From IMG/VR virus record IMGVR_UViG_3300050014_000619: a DNA stretch of 64,000 bases, one strand, 5' to 3'. This DNA comes from a virus. Positions 47,183 through 57,677 of this stretch are shown here, piece by piece (position 1 is the first letter of the stretch; each line of letters begins with the position of its first letter). The notes under the pieces are model-generated. The model ran no database searches, was not told where the DNA came from, and saw nothing but the letters and a program-made list of their open reading frames with translations. The position numbers were made by a program, and so were the translations under genes.

Positions 47183-47217
47183 AAAAATTCCAATTCATGA
47201 GATTGGGATTTTTTTTT
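47183..47217 (+). terminator. Rho-independent terminator
   Basis: ATTCCAAT/ATTGGGAT stem plus T9. Confidence 0.65.
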
Positions 47218-47220
47218 GTC

Positions 47221-47228
47221 GTATTTAT
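47221..47228 (+). promoter_or_regulatory. Putative late promoter GTATTTAT
   Basis: Between terminator and start 47246. Confidence 0.7.
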
Positions 47229-47245
47229 AGTAAAATGTAAATCTT

Positions 47246-50200
47246 GTGGCAAATTTAGTAAAGGTAGTAAATAACAATCTTGATCAGAACCTGAACGGAA
47301 CGAATTTCACTCATACTGCATCAGAAACTATATTCACGTTTGGTGACTTTGCAGTTACATCGAACTTCGAAGGTAGAAAATTTATTGATTATACAAATAC
47401 TCTTAGCTCATTTGTGCGTCCAGTTACTCTTGAAACTCTGGGCGTAACATCTGGACAATCTGCAATTATGGATTTATTTACTAATAATGCAGTGCTGAAT
47501 CTCGATAGGTCTGACTTAAATACTTTTGTTAAATTTGGTAGTGCATATGAATTCCTTAGAGTGTCAATACAAAACATCATTGTAGCCTACCCGGGCAGCG
47601 TCTTCGCAAATTCTCAAACCAATAAAGTAAAACAAGCAACATTTACTAATTTCACCTATGACGTTGTTACAAATGTTTCAACATTTAGAGTACCAACAGG
47701 AATGACAGTTAACACGTTTGGAATAATAACAAACTTTGGAAATATGAGTATTCCTGACGGACAGCAGATAAAGAACCTGAACGTTTCATATAATAATTAT
47801 ATTGTCTGGTCGGCTTTAGCACCAAGTGGAAACTCTTTTACTATAATTGGATATACAGGAAATACAGCAAGTAGAAAATATTTAACAATTAAAACAACTG
47901 GTAATCCATTTCCATATAATACTGGAAGCACTGGTTCATTTGATTTTCACATCAAGCCAAGTAGTGCAGTATTTGAAGAGTTCAGAGCAACACTGAGTGA
48001 TTATGAAAGATATATTGTTTCACAGAGAAATGGTACGGATGGCTTTATGTTTACCATGAAAGACCCAACATTACTCGATGATGGCTCAATTGTATATTCA
48101 GACACCCAGATTGTTTGGACAACTGGTGATAAATATAATATCGATACAAATACACCAAAGTATAGAAACTTTTTAAGTGCTGTTCTGGGCATTGGTAATA
48201 AGTATGATACAATAAAAACAGATTTAATTGCAAGATTCCTGACTCCTGCATCACTCAAAACATATGACCTTACTGAAGAAGGTAAGATGACAAAATTATT
48301 GAGAATTTATGGTAGGGAATTTGATCAATTAAAGCAATTTATTGATTCTCTGGTTGATATTAATCGTGTAACATATGATAAGATTAACAACGTACCAGAT
48401 CAGCTTATAAGTAATATGGCAAGAACATTTGGATGGAATTACTTTTCATTGGTTAATGAAAATGAATTAGTTCAGAGCTTCTTAACCATTAGTGATGCTG
48501 AAAGAAATTTAAAACAAGATTTATTACCTGCGGAAATTGACATAGAACTTTGGAGAAGAATCTTATTGAATACCAGTTATTTCTGGAAGTCAAAGGGCAC
48601 ACGTGAAGCAATTAAATCAATGTTCCTGCTTATTGGTATCCCCGAACCTTTTATAAACATTACCGAATATGTATATACAGTTGAAGGCAAGATTGACCCA
48701 AACACTGTTGGTCTGACCCTTGCAGATTTTCCTTCAAATTCATTACCGTATGATACAGATGGTTATCCTCAAGCACCATTAGAAACTTCAGATTTTTTCT
48801 TTCAGATTAGTGGTGATACTGATGCTGGTCAGCATTACATGGATGTATTTCGTACTGCTGGTTTTGATTTAAGACAAAATGTTGATAATAGAAAATCTTG
48901 GGTACAAGCAGGTGCTGTTACAAGAGTTGATAGCACTACACCACAATATTTTCAACAGGATAGTAAATTGGTATTAAATACTAAAGAGGTTGATATTGCA
49001 CTCGATACTGCACGTGGAATTGAATTTGATGTATACGATTATATTAATGGCATAGATTTTCCAGCTAACTCAAGCGGTTTTACATTGCCTTTTTCATATG
49101 TTAATATTTCTTTGGGAGTAAGTGCAACACAAAGTACATTTAATCTTCCAGCTAAAACACAGGGTGACTTTGAAGTTCGTTACAATGGTATTTTATTAAA
49201 CGCACCAAAGACAGGGAGTACAACTGGTATTAGTACACAAGCTGATTATAGTATAAACTATATTGCTAATACCTTTACAATAACAAATCCAGCCATAAAC
49301 ACTGGCAATCGCAGGGATGTAATTCAAGTAACATATATTTATTCGGGTAACACTCATCCAGTTAGTGGAATAACAGTTGAATATATTGTAACTCGTGTTA
49401 GTGCAAATCCAAGTGGTACGGCTATTCCTTTACCAAGTTTTCCACGTGGTGACGTACAGGTAACAATTAATGGTATTGCTCTTACTAAAGGTACACCGCA
49501 ATTCGCAGCAGATTATGTTGTTGACCCAGCAAACACAAGTGGTTCAAGCCAAATTATCATAACAAATACCGATTTAATTAATTATTTAACAATTAATCCC
49601 GATATTCAGGTAGCATATGTTCAGGTGGTTGGCAGCAATGATATAAATGCAAGAAGTGAAGTCGTGAGAATTGATAGTTTTAATAGTAGTAAAATATATT
49701 TTAATAATAGTGCAAATAAATATGTTTATAAGCTCAATTATAAAGCAAATAATGCATCTGAAATTAAGGTACTTATAGATGGTATTGCATTAGAGCCATA
49801 TACGGACTACGATATAAACATACAAAATCAATATGAAGTATTCCTACCAAAAGGTCTGAGGTATGGTACGATTATTAGTGTATATTATCTCGTTGCTCTT
49901 AGTTCATTTTTTACTCCAATTGTAGGAAACACATTTGGCGTTGGCGATATAAGTACTTTATCATTTTTGGAATTTATTGAATTGATTCAGAGAAAAATGA
50001 TAAATGCAAGAACCAGAAAAACTGTTACGGATTTTAAAGGTGGTTGGTATCCTTCATTATTAAATGTTTATATTCAATATCTTAAAAGAGGTTTATTACC
50101 AGAAAGTGATCCCCTGCATTCAAATGGTTATACTTTTGAAAATCTTTATGGTTTTCTTAGTAAATATAATTCTTTCTTTCAGAGATTTGTTGATAAATTA

Positions 50201-51787
50201 CTTTCAGCAACGATTATTTTAAAAGAAAGCGGACTTTTAATTAGAAATACTGTTTTCACAAAACAAAAATTCACATATAAAAGAGGTGTGAATCTTTATT
50301 CTGGTGGTTCTTCAACTATTGATCTCAGAGGTAATGCAATGCTTCAGTATTTAGGTGATGATGGCAGCACATTTCAAATTTTACAAGGCGCACCAGCACC
50401 TTCAGCAACAATACCTACTGTGATAACAAGTAATATAATAAATATAACTCAAACTGGAGCAACAGGCGGTGGTAATGTTACATCAAACGGTGGATCACTC
50501 GTAACTTCACGTGGAATTTGCTGGGATACAGTACCAGCACCAACAATTGGTGATAGTAAAACAATTAACGGTAATGGGGTTGGTGTATTTACCAGTACAT
50601 TAACTGGATTATTACCGAACACCAGATATTATGTGAGGGCATATGCAATAAATGTTATTGGCGTAGCATATGGTAACGAAATTAGTTTCTTAACTGCAGA
50701 TATAGTACCAGCACCTATGATTTTAACAAAACCTGCAAGTAGTTTTGCACAGACCACAATTACTAATACTGGTGGTTATGGTATTACTGGTTTTACTGGT
50801 ATTGATTATTATGCAATGCAATATGCATTTAGTTCAATTACACCTATATGGCAGTTGTCACCTCCAGCACCATTAGTAGGACCGCTCGGAGTTAATAATT
50901 TTACTTTGAGTATTAGTGCTTTAGCACCAAATACAGATTATATGTATCGTGCATATATGGTTGTAAACGGAAGTCCATTCTATGGAAATATATTAAACGT
51001 ACATACTTTATCGTTCACACCTACATTACCTGTAGTTACAACAGCAGCAGTAACATCTATAACAACAAGTGATGCAACTACTGGTGGTGATGTAACATCA
51101 AGCGGTACTGATGCATCTGGCAATCCTGAAACAGTTACTGAACGTGGTATTGTATATGGATTAGCACCAAACCCAACAACAGGAAATACAAAAATCATTA
51201 GTGGTAGTGGTTTAGGTGCATTTGTGGTTAATTTAACTGGATTAGTATCAAATACAACATATTTTGTAAGAGCATATGCTATTAATGGTGCTGGACTTGT
51301 ATACGGAAATCAAATTACTTTTACAACTGTGGCATTACCAGTATTTAATATTGGTATTGTTCGTACTGGTAGTGGCGGTACTGGCGGTGGCGCACAAAGC
51401 AATGGTACTATAAATCCAAGTCCAGCATTAAGTGCAGGTCAAACCATTACATTAAGTCTTAATATTTGTCATGTAATATTTGGTACAACTTTTGGTCAGA
51501 ATTTAACAACAATTTATTGTAGTACAAATAATGGAGCAACTTATAGTATTATAAGTCCGTCACCATTTACTACTAATTCTCCATCATCACCATATCCAAA
51601 TAGAAATGTATCACAACACACTTTAGGTGTTACTTTACATCAGAATGAAAGATTGTGCTATGTTAATCAAGTAGGATCAGCAATGAACAGTACGGGCACT
51701 TGTGCTTGTTTGAGTATATCATCATACAGTAATAGTGGAAACATTAGTGTTATTGTAAGCAGTAATTGTGATTGTATTGTTATTTAA
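47246..51787 (+). CDS. Large baseplate/tail protein with C-terminal FN3-like repeats (GTG start)
   Basis: WKSKGTREAI wedge-type motif; V..NGI.L repeats; T.GG.VTS.G..V..RGI..L..NT.Y.VRAYAIN FN3-like repeats. Confidence 0.7.
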   Translation: MANLVKVVNNNLDQNLNGTNFTHTASETIFTFGDFAVTSNFEGRKFIDYTNTLSSFVRPVTLETLGVTSGQSAIMDLFTNNAVLNLDRSDLNTFVKFGSAYEFLRVSIQNIIVAYPGSVFANSQTNKVKQATFTNFTYDVVTNVSTFRVPTGMTVNTFGIITNFGNMSIPDGQQIKNLNVSYNNYIVWSALAPSGNSFTIIGYTGNTASRKYLTIKTTGNPFPYNTGSTGSFDFHIKPSSAVFEEFRATLSDYERYIVSQRNGTDGFMFTMKDPTLLDDGSIVYSDTQIVWTTGDKYNIDTNTPKYRNFLSAVLGIGNKYDTIKTDLIARFLTPASLKTYDLTEEGKMTKLLRIYGREFDQLKQFIDSLVDINRVTYDKINNVPDQLISNMARTFGWNYFSLVNENELVQSFLTISDAERNLKQDLLPAEIDIELWRRILLNTSYFWKSKGTREAIKSMFLLIGIPEPFINITEYVYTVEGKIDPNTVGLTLADFPSNSLPYDTDGYPQAPLETSDFFFQISGDTDAGQHYMDVFRTAGFDLRQNVDNRKSWVQAGAVTRVDSTTPQYFQQDSKLVLNTKEVDIALDTARGIEFDVYDYINGIDFPANSSGFTLPFSYVNISLGVSATQSTFNLPAKTQGDFEVRYNGILLNAPKTGSTTGISTQADYSINYIANTFTITNPAINTGNRRDVIQVTYIYSGNTHPVSGITVEYIVTRVSANPSGTAIPLPSFPRGDVQVTINGIALTKGTPQFAADYVVDPANTSGSSQIIITNTDLINYLTINPDIQVAYVQVVGSNDINARSEVVRIDSFNSSKIYFNNSANKYVYKLNYKANNASEIKVLIDGIALEPYTDYDINIQNQYEVFLPKGLRYGTIISVYYLVALSSFFTPIVGNTFGVGDISTLSFLEFIELIQRKMINARTRKTVTDFKGGWYPSLLNVYIQYLKRGLLPESDPLHSNGYTFENLYGFLSKYNSFFQRFVDKLLSATIILKESGLLIRNTVFTKQKFTYKRGVNLYSGGSSTIDLRGNAMLQYLGDDGSTFQILQGAPAPSATIPTVITSNIINITQTGATGGGNVTSNGGSLVTSRGICWDTVPAPTIGDSKTINGNGVGVFTSTLTGLLPNTRYYVRAYAINVIGVAYGNEISFLTADIVPAPMILTKPASSFAQTTITNTGGYGITGFTGIDYYAMQYAFSSITPIWQLSPPAPLVGPLGVNNFTLSISALAPNTDYMYRAYMVVNGSPFYGNILNVHTLSFTPTLPVVTTAAVTSITTSDATTGGDVTSSGTDASGNPETVTERGIVYGLAPNPTTGNTKIISGSGLGAFVVNLTGLVSNTTYFVRAYAINGAGLVYGNQITFTTVALPVFNIGIVRTGSGGTGGGAQSNGTINPSPALSAGQTITLSLNICHVIFGTTFGQNLTTIYCSTNNGATYSIISPSPFTTNSPSSPYPNRNVSQHTLGVTLHQNERLCYVNQVGSAMNSTGTCACLSISSYSNSGNISVIVSSNCDCIVI

Positions 51788-51801
51788 AAATTATATTATT
51801 A

Positions 51802-51809
51802 GTATTTAT
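51802..51809 (+). promoter_or_regulatory. Putative late promoter GTATTTAT
   Basis: Upstream of 51828. Confidence 0.65.
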
Positions 51810-51827
51810 ATTTAAATTGTTGTAAAA

Positions 51828-54671
51828 ATGGCATTCATTGAGAAAAAAGACCCCGTAGTTTTAAATATTAAGCTGACCACAAAGGGTAGAGAATTACTTT
51901 CTACTGGTAATTTATCGTTTAAATATTATGCTATTGGTGATAGTGAAATTGATTATAAATTTAATAACGATACTGGATTTAATCCCTTCAACGCAAATAT
52001 CTTAAGACCAGCAGATAACAGTCCAAAGATTATATCATTTATACCAAGGAATATGTCTGGCAGTACATTCAATGCAATACCAAGCATCCCTAATACAACA
52101 TATTTGGTCACTAATTCAACGCCAACAATTGGATTTTTTGACAGCACAACAGGTGCTACGTTTACATTTACAACCGATTCAAATCATGTTAAACAACCGA
52201 ATGTTTATGTCGATATGAGTGGAGTTACTGGCGGGACAAAATTACATTTGAGACTGATTCAGCCATTTAATGGTCAAGAACCTGCAACTGGTGACACAGT
52301 ATTAATTAAATGGACATTTACTGTAGATACAACTGGATTTACAACACAAAAGAATAAGCCAGTAGCAATGTTGGTATATAAAATTCAAGCCAAAACAGGT
52401 ACTTTGGCAGCAGATAATTTATGGATTACTGTTGACAGACCATTGCCTAATTATACTGGTCTTGGTGCAACAGGTAGAGCAGGTGCGCTGGTTTATTATA
52501 ATTTTATTAATTTTAGTGGTGACACGGTATTTAATATGAGTTCAACCGACTATATTGATCAGAGTGTAATAGATTTCTTTCAGAACAGTCAATGTCCGAC
52601 AATAATATTCCCATTTTGGAATCTTTCGATTATATTTACTGACGAAATAGCTGGTGTCACTGGAAATAATAAGACATATGGTCAATTTAACACCAATGGA
52701 TATGCTGGATTTGTTTCATATATTCAGACTCAACGACCTTTATATAAAAAATTAGGTGTTATACATTATACAAATGATTCACCTGCTAACGTATATGCTG
52801 AAGGTTTTTATTTAAATTCTGCAAAAATTGATATGCCAACAATAATGTGGCATAATAATAGTGGAACTACTATTGGTGCAAGTTTTATATCTGCCAGTGG
52901 AAATGGCTTTACATTGGTTGATCTGGGCATTCACTATTTTGATCTTGTTGATGTCAACAGACCCAATATAAAAGTAGGTAAAGTATTTGATGAATTAAAA
53001 ATATTTCTTATTGAAGATCAAGAATTATTATACGCAATGTCATATAAATCAAACAGGTCTTGGACTCTTCCACCATTTACAATAAATGGCGGTAGTGGTG
53101 GTTGTCCACCTTGCCCATCTATATCAGACGGACAAACATTATTCGTACAAACAATAATTGGTACACCCGGTTCTATTAAAAACACTGGTGGTAGAAATAT
53201 TGTTGGATATCAAAATGTTACAGAATATGGTGTAGAATATAAATTAACTGGTGCTACTGATTGGACACGTATAGTTATTGGTAATAGTTTAGCTGCCGAT
53301 AACTTCACTTACACTATTACTGGTACTACTCCAAGTGCATCATATAATTATCGTTCATATGTTAAAATCGGTAAGAACGAATTTATTGATCATTCAAATG
53401 ATAATAATGTAATTACAATGTTACCACCACCTGTAGTTCCACCTCCACCTCCACCTCCAATTATTCCTACTGTTGCAACAATTGTTGGTAATGCAGGTAT
53501 TGGTAGAATTATTAATACTGGTGGATTTAATATTGGTTGCACCAGTCCTATACCTCAAAGTGTATTTGTTGCTGTTGAAAAATACGGTATGCAATATAAA
53601 TTACATACAGATAGTGCTTGGTCATGTTCACCAGCAGTACTGAATGCAGGACCACTGGCTGTTGATAATTTCTCAACAACAATTGCTGGATTAACTGAAT
53701 GTGCTTGTTATGATTATGCAGCACTTATTCAAGTAGCTGGAATAAAATATTGTGGTGCATGTAATTCTCTTACAACTTGTGCTTCACCAGCACCAGTACT
53801 TTTTGTTCCTACTGTTACAACAGGTGTACCATTTAAATTACTTTCAACTTCTATGATTACCAAAAATAATTATGTTAATGATAATGGCGGTACTGCAATT
53901 CTGGAATATGGTGTACTTTATTCACAAAATCCAGCGACTCCATTAATTTATGGTAATGCTGGAGTAGGAAAAGCATCGATAGTTGGTGATTACCCAGACA
54001 CATCGCTTCCATTTACGATGACAATATCTCCGCTTACTGATTCATCTACTGTAAATTATAGAGCATTTGCAATAAACTCTGCTGGTATTGGATATGGTGA
54101 TACAGCAAATACTACAACACCAGCAATACCCGCACCACCACAACAGGCATTACTTTACATTACAAATTCAACACAGTTGGGAGCAAATACTGATGTAAGA
54201 AGTTGTATTTGTGGAAAACTTGCAGTAACAGTACCTTTAACAGCAGGACAAACTGTTAGATTATGTTTTACCGATTGCGCATATTCACAATCAAGCAGTC
54301 CGTTACAACGTCAAATCAGTGCATGCTCATGGATAACAACAAGTGGTGGCGTTGGTGCAACACAATGCAATCCAATAAGTTCAGTGTTACCAATTAATTC
54401 TGTTGATAGTTGTTCTAATGAAAGTACTTCATTTGTTGATATTACTTCTGATAACATTGCCAATATAACATTATGGACAGTAGCAACAAGTCATGCAAGT
54501 AATGTCAGTGTACAATATCATAACGTTGCATCAGTTAATTTAGCTGCTGTGGTTAATTCTGGTGGTGCTAATTATACTATTGGAACATCACTTTTACAAG
54601 CATATAATACTTCATGCTGTGTAGGTGGCGGTGGTGGCGCAACAGGCGGTGGAACTTCAATGATACAATAA
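51828..54671 (+). CDS. Baseplate/tail structural protein with FN3-like repeats and poly-Pro linker
   Basis: KLTTKGRELL..YAIGDSEIDY; NTGG..Y repeats shared with 47246; PPPVVPPPPPPP. Confidence 0.65.
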   Translation: MAFIEKKDPVVLNIKLTTKGRELLSTGNLSFKYYAIGDSEIDYKFNNDTGFNPFNANILRPADNSPKIISFIPRNMSGSTFNAIPSIPNTTYLVTNSTPTIGFFDSTTGATFTFTTDSNHVKQPNVYVDMSGVTGGTKLHLRLIQPFNGQEPATGDTVLIKWTFTVDTTGFTTQKNKPVAMLVYKIQAKTGTLAADNLWITVDRPLPNYTGLGATGRAGALVYYNFINFSGDTVFNMSSTDYIDQSVIDFFQNSQCPTIIFPFWNLSIIFTDEIAGVTGNNKTYGQFNTNGYAGFVSYIQTQRPLYKKLGVIHYTNDSPANVYAEGFYLNSAKIDMPTIMWHNNSGTTIGASFISASGNGFTLVDLGIHYFDLVDVNRPNIKVGKVFDELKIFLIEDQELLYAMSYKSNRSWTLPPFTINGGSGGCPPCPSISDGQTLFVQTIIGTPGSIKNTGGRNIVGYQNVTEYGVEYKLTGATDWTRIVIGNSLAADNFTYTITGTTPSASYNYRSYVKIGKNEFIDHSNDNNVITMLPPPVVPPPPPPPIIPTVATIVGNAGIGRIINTGGFNIGCTSPIPQSVFVAVEKYGMQYKLHTDSAWSCSPAVLNAGPLAVDNFSTTIAGLTECACYDYAALIQVAGIKYCGACNSLTTCASPAPVLFVPTVTTGVPFKLLSTSMITKNNYVNDNGGTAILEYGVLYSQNPATPLIYGNAGVGKASIVGDYPDTSLPFTMTISPLTDSSTVNYRAFAINSAGIGYGDTANTTTPAIPAPPQQALLYITNSTQLGANTDVRSCICGKLAVTVPLTAGQTVRLCFTDCAYSQSSSPLQRQISACSWITTSGGVGATQCNPISSVLPINSVDSCSNESTSFVDITSDNIANITLWTVATSHASNVSVQYHNVASVNLAAVVNSGGANYTIGTSLLQAYNTSCCVGGGGGATGGGTSMIQ

Positions 54672-54691
54672 AAATTTAAATAAATAAAAGA

Positions 54692-55453
54692 ATGATACAA
54701 GATTTTTCAATATTTGCCACATACATTTTAGTACCAATAAGCGGTAACAGCGAAGCAATACACTGTAATTACATTCAGAGATTGCCAATTGAAACCGATA
54801 ATCTTAGCATACAGGAAGTTCTTATGAATTTCTCTGGTGGAACTACTGGTGCAACTGCTGGTTTTAAATTTTTAAATAGCAGTATTACTGGTAGTACTGC
54901 AGGTACTGGATTTACTGCAAATAAAATATATGCACTGATTCAAACTGGATTAACTAATCTTACTGGCACTACCACACCAGACCCCGCTTTATGGAAAATG
55001 TATGATCTTACTTCCCAAATAACTAAGCCTACTCCACACATTGCAGGACAACCATTGACTGCAAAAGAATTAACACAGAATAATTTTAAAATTCCGTTAA
55101 GCGATTACAATACCACTGGTTTTACTGCATATACACTGACATATCTTAATTATCCTACAAATTTACCAGCCGATGCAGATAAATTATCATTTGGTGATGA
55201 AAAGTATTTTATGGGTAATGTTTCAGGAGAAATTCATGCTGATGTATTCGTAACTGATCTTTCAATTGTATTAAATCTTAACGAATTTAATTCAAGCACA
55301 AATCTTACATGGGATGGAGTATCAAAAGTGGCAATAACAGAAATTGGTGTATATGATGCCAATATGAATTTAGTTGCTATTGGTAAACTAAATGACCCAA
55401 TTGTAAAGGATTCAACTATCTCAAGAACAATCGTTTTTGATATAGATTTTTAA
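54692..55453 (+). CDS. Tail/baseplate structural protein
   Basis: C-terminal ITEIGVYD..NLVAIGKL..PI.K. Confidence 0.65.
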   Translation: MIQDFSIFATYILVPISGNSEAIHCNYIQRLPIETDNLSIQEVLMNFSGGTTGATAGFKFLNSSITGSTAGTGFTANKIYALIQTGLTNLTGTTTPDPALWKMYDLTSQITKPTPHIAGQPLTAKELTQNNFKIPLSDYNTTGFTAYTLTYLNYPTNLPADADKLSFGDEKYFMGNVSGEIHADVFVTDLSIVLNLNEFNSSTNLTWDGVSKVAITEIGVYDANMNLVAIGKLNDPIVKDSTISRTIVFDIDF

Positions 55454-55467
55454 TTGTTGAAAATAAT

Positions 55468-55530
55468 CATAAAAATTTATATTTTTTTATAAATTCTTAG
55501 TATTTATTATAAATTGTATAAAAATTTATA
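55468..55530 (+). repeat. Helically phased TATA array, candidate RHH operator
   Basis: CATA/TATA at 55468, 55478, 55488, 55508, 55517, 55527 around GTATTTAT (55500). Confidence 0.5.
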
Positions 55531-55536
55531 ATATAT

Positions 55537-55773
55537 ATGGGAAATAATAATGAAACAAAGCCTAAGTCAATTATAATTGATGGCGAACTACATAATAGGT
55601 TCAAAATATTATGTAAGGGTAAAAGTATGAAGATTGGCGGTATTATCGAAGACCTAATCAGGTTATATCTAAGATATCCGAAAGAAACTCAAAAACAGAT
55701 TGATGAAATTAAAGAAGAGGAATCTTCAAAATTACTTCGTGCTCAAATGTTTGAAGCAGTAACTAAAAAATAA
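55537..55773 (+). CDS. Ribbon-helix-helix DNA-binding protein
   Basis: KSIIID strand followed by two helices ELHNRFKILC / IGGIIEDLIRLYL. Confidence 0.7.
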   Translation: MGNNNETKPKSIIIDGELHNRFKILCKGKSMKIGGIIEDLIRLYLRYPKETQKQIDEIKEEESSKLLRAQMFEAVTKK

Positions 55774-55776
55774 TTT

Positions 55777-56424
55777 ATGGAAAAGTATATATGGTCGTTG
55801 GATATAAGCACCACCAACATTGGTAGTGCATTGTGGAGTACAGATGGAAAGCTAATTGAATTAAAGCACCTTGAATTAAAACTCGGTAAAGATATTAATA
55901 TTGATGATCGCATAATTCACAAATCAGAAATATTCAGAAAATATGTTGAAGATTTTAAAAAGAGAATATTGAATGAACTTAACGGTGAAATTAGTCATAT
56001 TGTTGTGGAAGAACCTCTGGGTGGTAGTAATAACAGCAACACTGTTTCACTACTGTATGGTTTTAATGGCATATGTAGGTATATTCTCTTCAGAATATTC
56101 GACATTTACCCCAAAAAGATCAGCGTATACGATTCACGAAAGTTGTTCTGTACTGAATTGGTTCATACTTCAAAAAAGAAGAATAGAAAGACTGGCGAAA
56201 TTGAGGTTGTTGAAACGCTCTCATTTCCACCAGAATATATAAAAGAAAAAAAGTTGTATATTTGGAAAAAAGTTTGTACCTTAGAACCCCAAATCGAGTG
56301 GTTTTATAAGAAAGACTCAAATGAACCTAAAGACATGTGTTTCGATCTAAGTGATTCATATGCAGTAGGTTACGCTGGTTTAAAATTATTGGGAATTATA
56401 AAAGATGGGAAAAAGAATATATAA
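55777..56424 (+). CDS. RuvC-like Holliday junction resolvase
   Basis: SLDISTTNIG, VVEEP, DLSDSYAVG. Confidence 0.75.
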   Translation: MEKYIWSLDISTTNIGSALWSTDGKLIELKHLELKLGKDINIDDRIIHKSEIFRKYVEDFKKRILNELNGEISHIVVEEPLGGSNNSNTVSLLYGFNGICRYILFRIFDIYPKKISVYDSRKLFCTELVHTSKKKNRKTGEIEVVETLSFPPEYIKEKKLYIWKKVCTLEPQIEWFYKKDSNEPKDMCFDLSDSYAVGYAGLKLLGIIKDGKKNI

Positions 56425-57298
56425 TTTAGAATTTTTTAAAAAATTGGCAATTAGTAAAAACGGTGAATGTTTATCAACAGAATACATTGCTTGTGATAAA
56501 AAATTAAAATTTAAATGTTCTTTTGGACATATCTGGGAAACAAAACCATACTATTTGGTTAACAACAATTCATGGTGTCCTCAATGTAACAAATCACATA
56601 AAGACAAGATTGAAACATTTCAAAAAATTGCCATAGAAAATGGTGGTGAATGTTTATCTACAGAATATATTAATGCTAAAAATAAATTAAAATTTAAATG
56701 TGGTAAAGGACATATTTGGGAAACAACAGCAAATGATATTAAATATTCAAAAGTATGGTGTCCTTATTGTTCAAATAATGCTAAGTTAACTATTGAAGAA
56801 ATGCAAGAAATTGCAAATAAAAGAGGTGGTAAATGTTTATCTGAAACATATATTGATTCACACACTAAATTATTATGGGAATGTAAACATGGACATCAAT
56901 GGATGGCTAAACCATGTCAAATAAAAAATTCAAATAATTGGTGTCCAATATGTAAAGAATCTTTAGGTGAAAGAACAATAAGTAATTATTTAAAACAAAA
57001 TAATATTCTTTTTGAAAGAGAAAAGAAATTTAATGATTGTAAAGGAAAAAGACAAGTGCTTCCCTTTGATTTTTATCTTCCAGAGTATAGTATTTTAATT
57101 GAATTTGATGGCAGACAGCACTATGTGCCAGTTAATTTTTATGGATGTTCTGATGAACAAGCACAAAAAACACATATTGAATTAATTGAAAATGATAAAT
57201 TAAAAAATAAATATTGTATTGAGAATAATATTCAACTAATAAGAATACCATACACAGTAAAAAATGTTGAAGAACACTTAAATAACGTTTTAAGATAA
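56405..57298 (+). mobile_element. Homing-endonuclease-like gene (three Zn-ribbon repeats + DUF559-like nuclease)
   Basis: G.CLS..Y.....L...C..GH.W...WCP.C x3; FDFYLP..IEFDGRQH..IRIPY. Confidence 0.78.
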
Positions 57299-57606
57299 TG
57301 AAATATGTTTATTTAATTCAATCACTGGAAAACGGATATTATAAGGTTGGTGTGTCAAAACACCCACAAAAGAGAATCGAACAGTTGCAAACAGGTAACA
57401 GTTCAGAATTAAAACTGGTTGAAATATATCAATCAGAAATTGCAAATAAAATTGAAAAAATTTTACAAAACAGACTATCCCCTTATCGCAAGACGGGGGA
57501 ATGGTTTGATATGCCTATGGAGAGTATTGCAAATTTTGGTCGTGAATGCCAGAGTATTGAGGAAATGATCGGCTTCCTTAAAAAAAATGATAATGTATTT
57601 ATATAA
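57298..57606 (+). CDS. GIY-YIG T5orf172/MUG113-like protein
   Basis: YVYLI..YKVGVS..P.KR..QLQTGN..GEWF. Confidence 0.8.
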   Translation: MKYVYLIQSLENGYYKVGVSKHPQKRIEQLQTGNSSELKLVEIYQSEIANKIEKILQNRLSPYRKTGEWFDMPMESIANFGRECQSIEEMIGFLKKNDNVFI

Positions 57607-57610
57607 AGTC

Positions 57611-57641
57611 TTGTCTTTATGACATTTTTGTTATAAGTTTG
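57611..57641 (+). promoter_or_regulatory. Bacteroidota sigmaA-type promoter
   Basis: TTG-N20-TAAGTTTG. Confidence 0.65.
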
Positions 57642-57677
57642 ACGCAAAATTAAATAATTTTATCTAAGTTATGTAAT

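Noticed and set aside
53424-53468. CCT/CCA microsatellite as a phase-variation tract
   Set aside because: Triplet-based, encodes a poly-Pro linker; slippage would not shift frame
55777-56424. TnpB/Cas12-like RNA-guided nuclease
   Set aside because: Only 215 aa, compact RuvC motif order, no Zn finger, no adjacent ncRNA space or array
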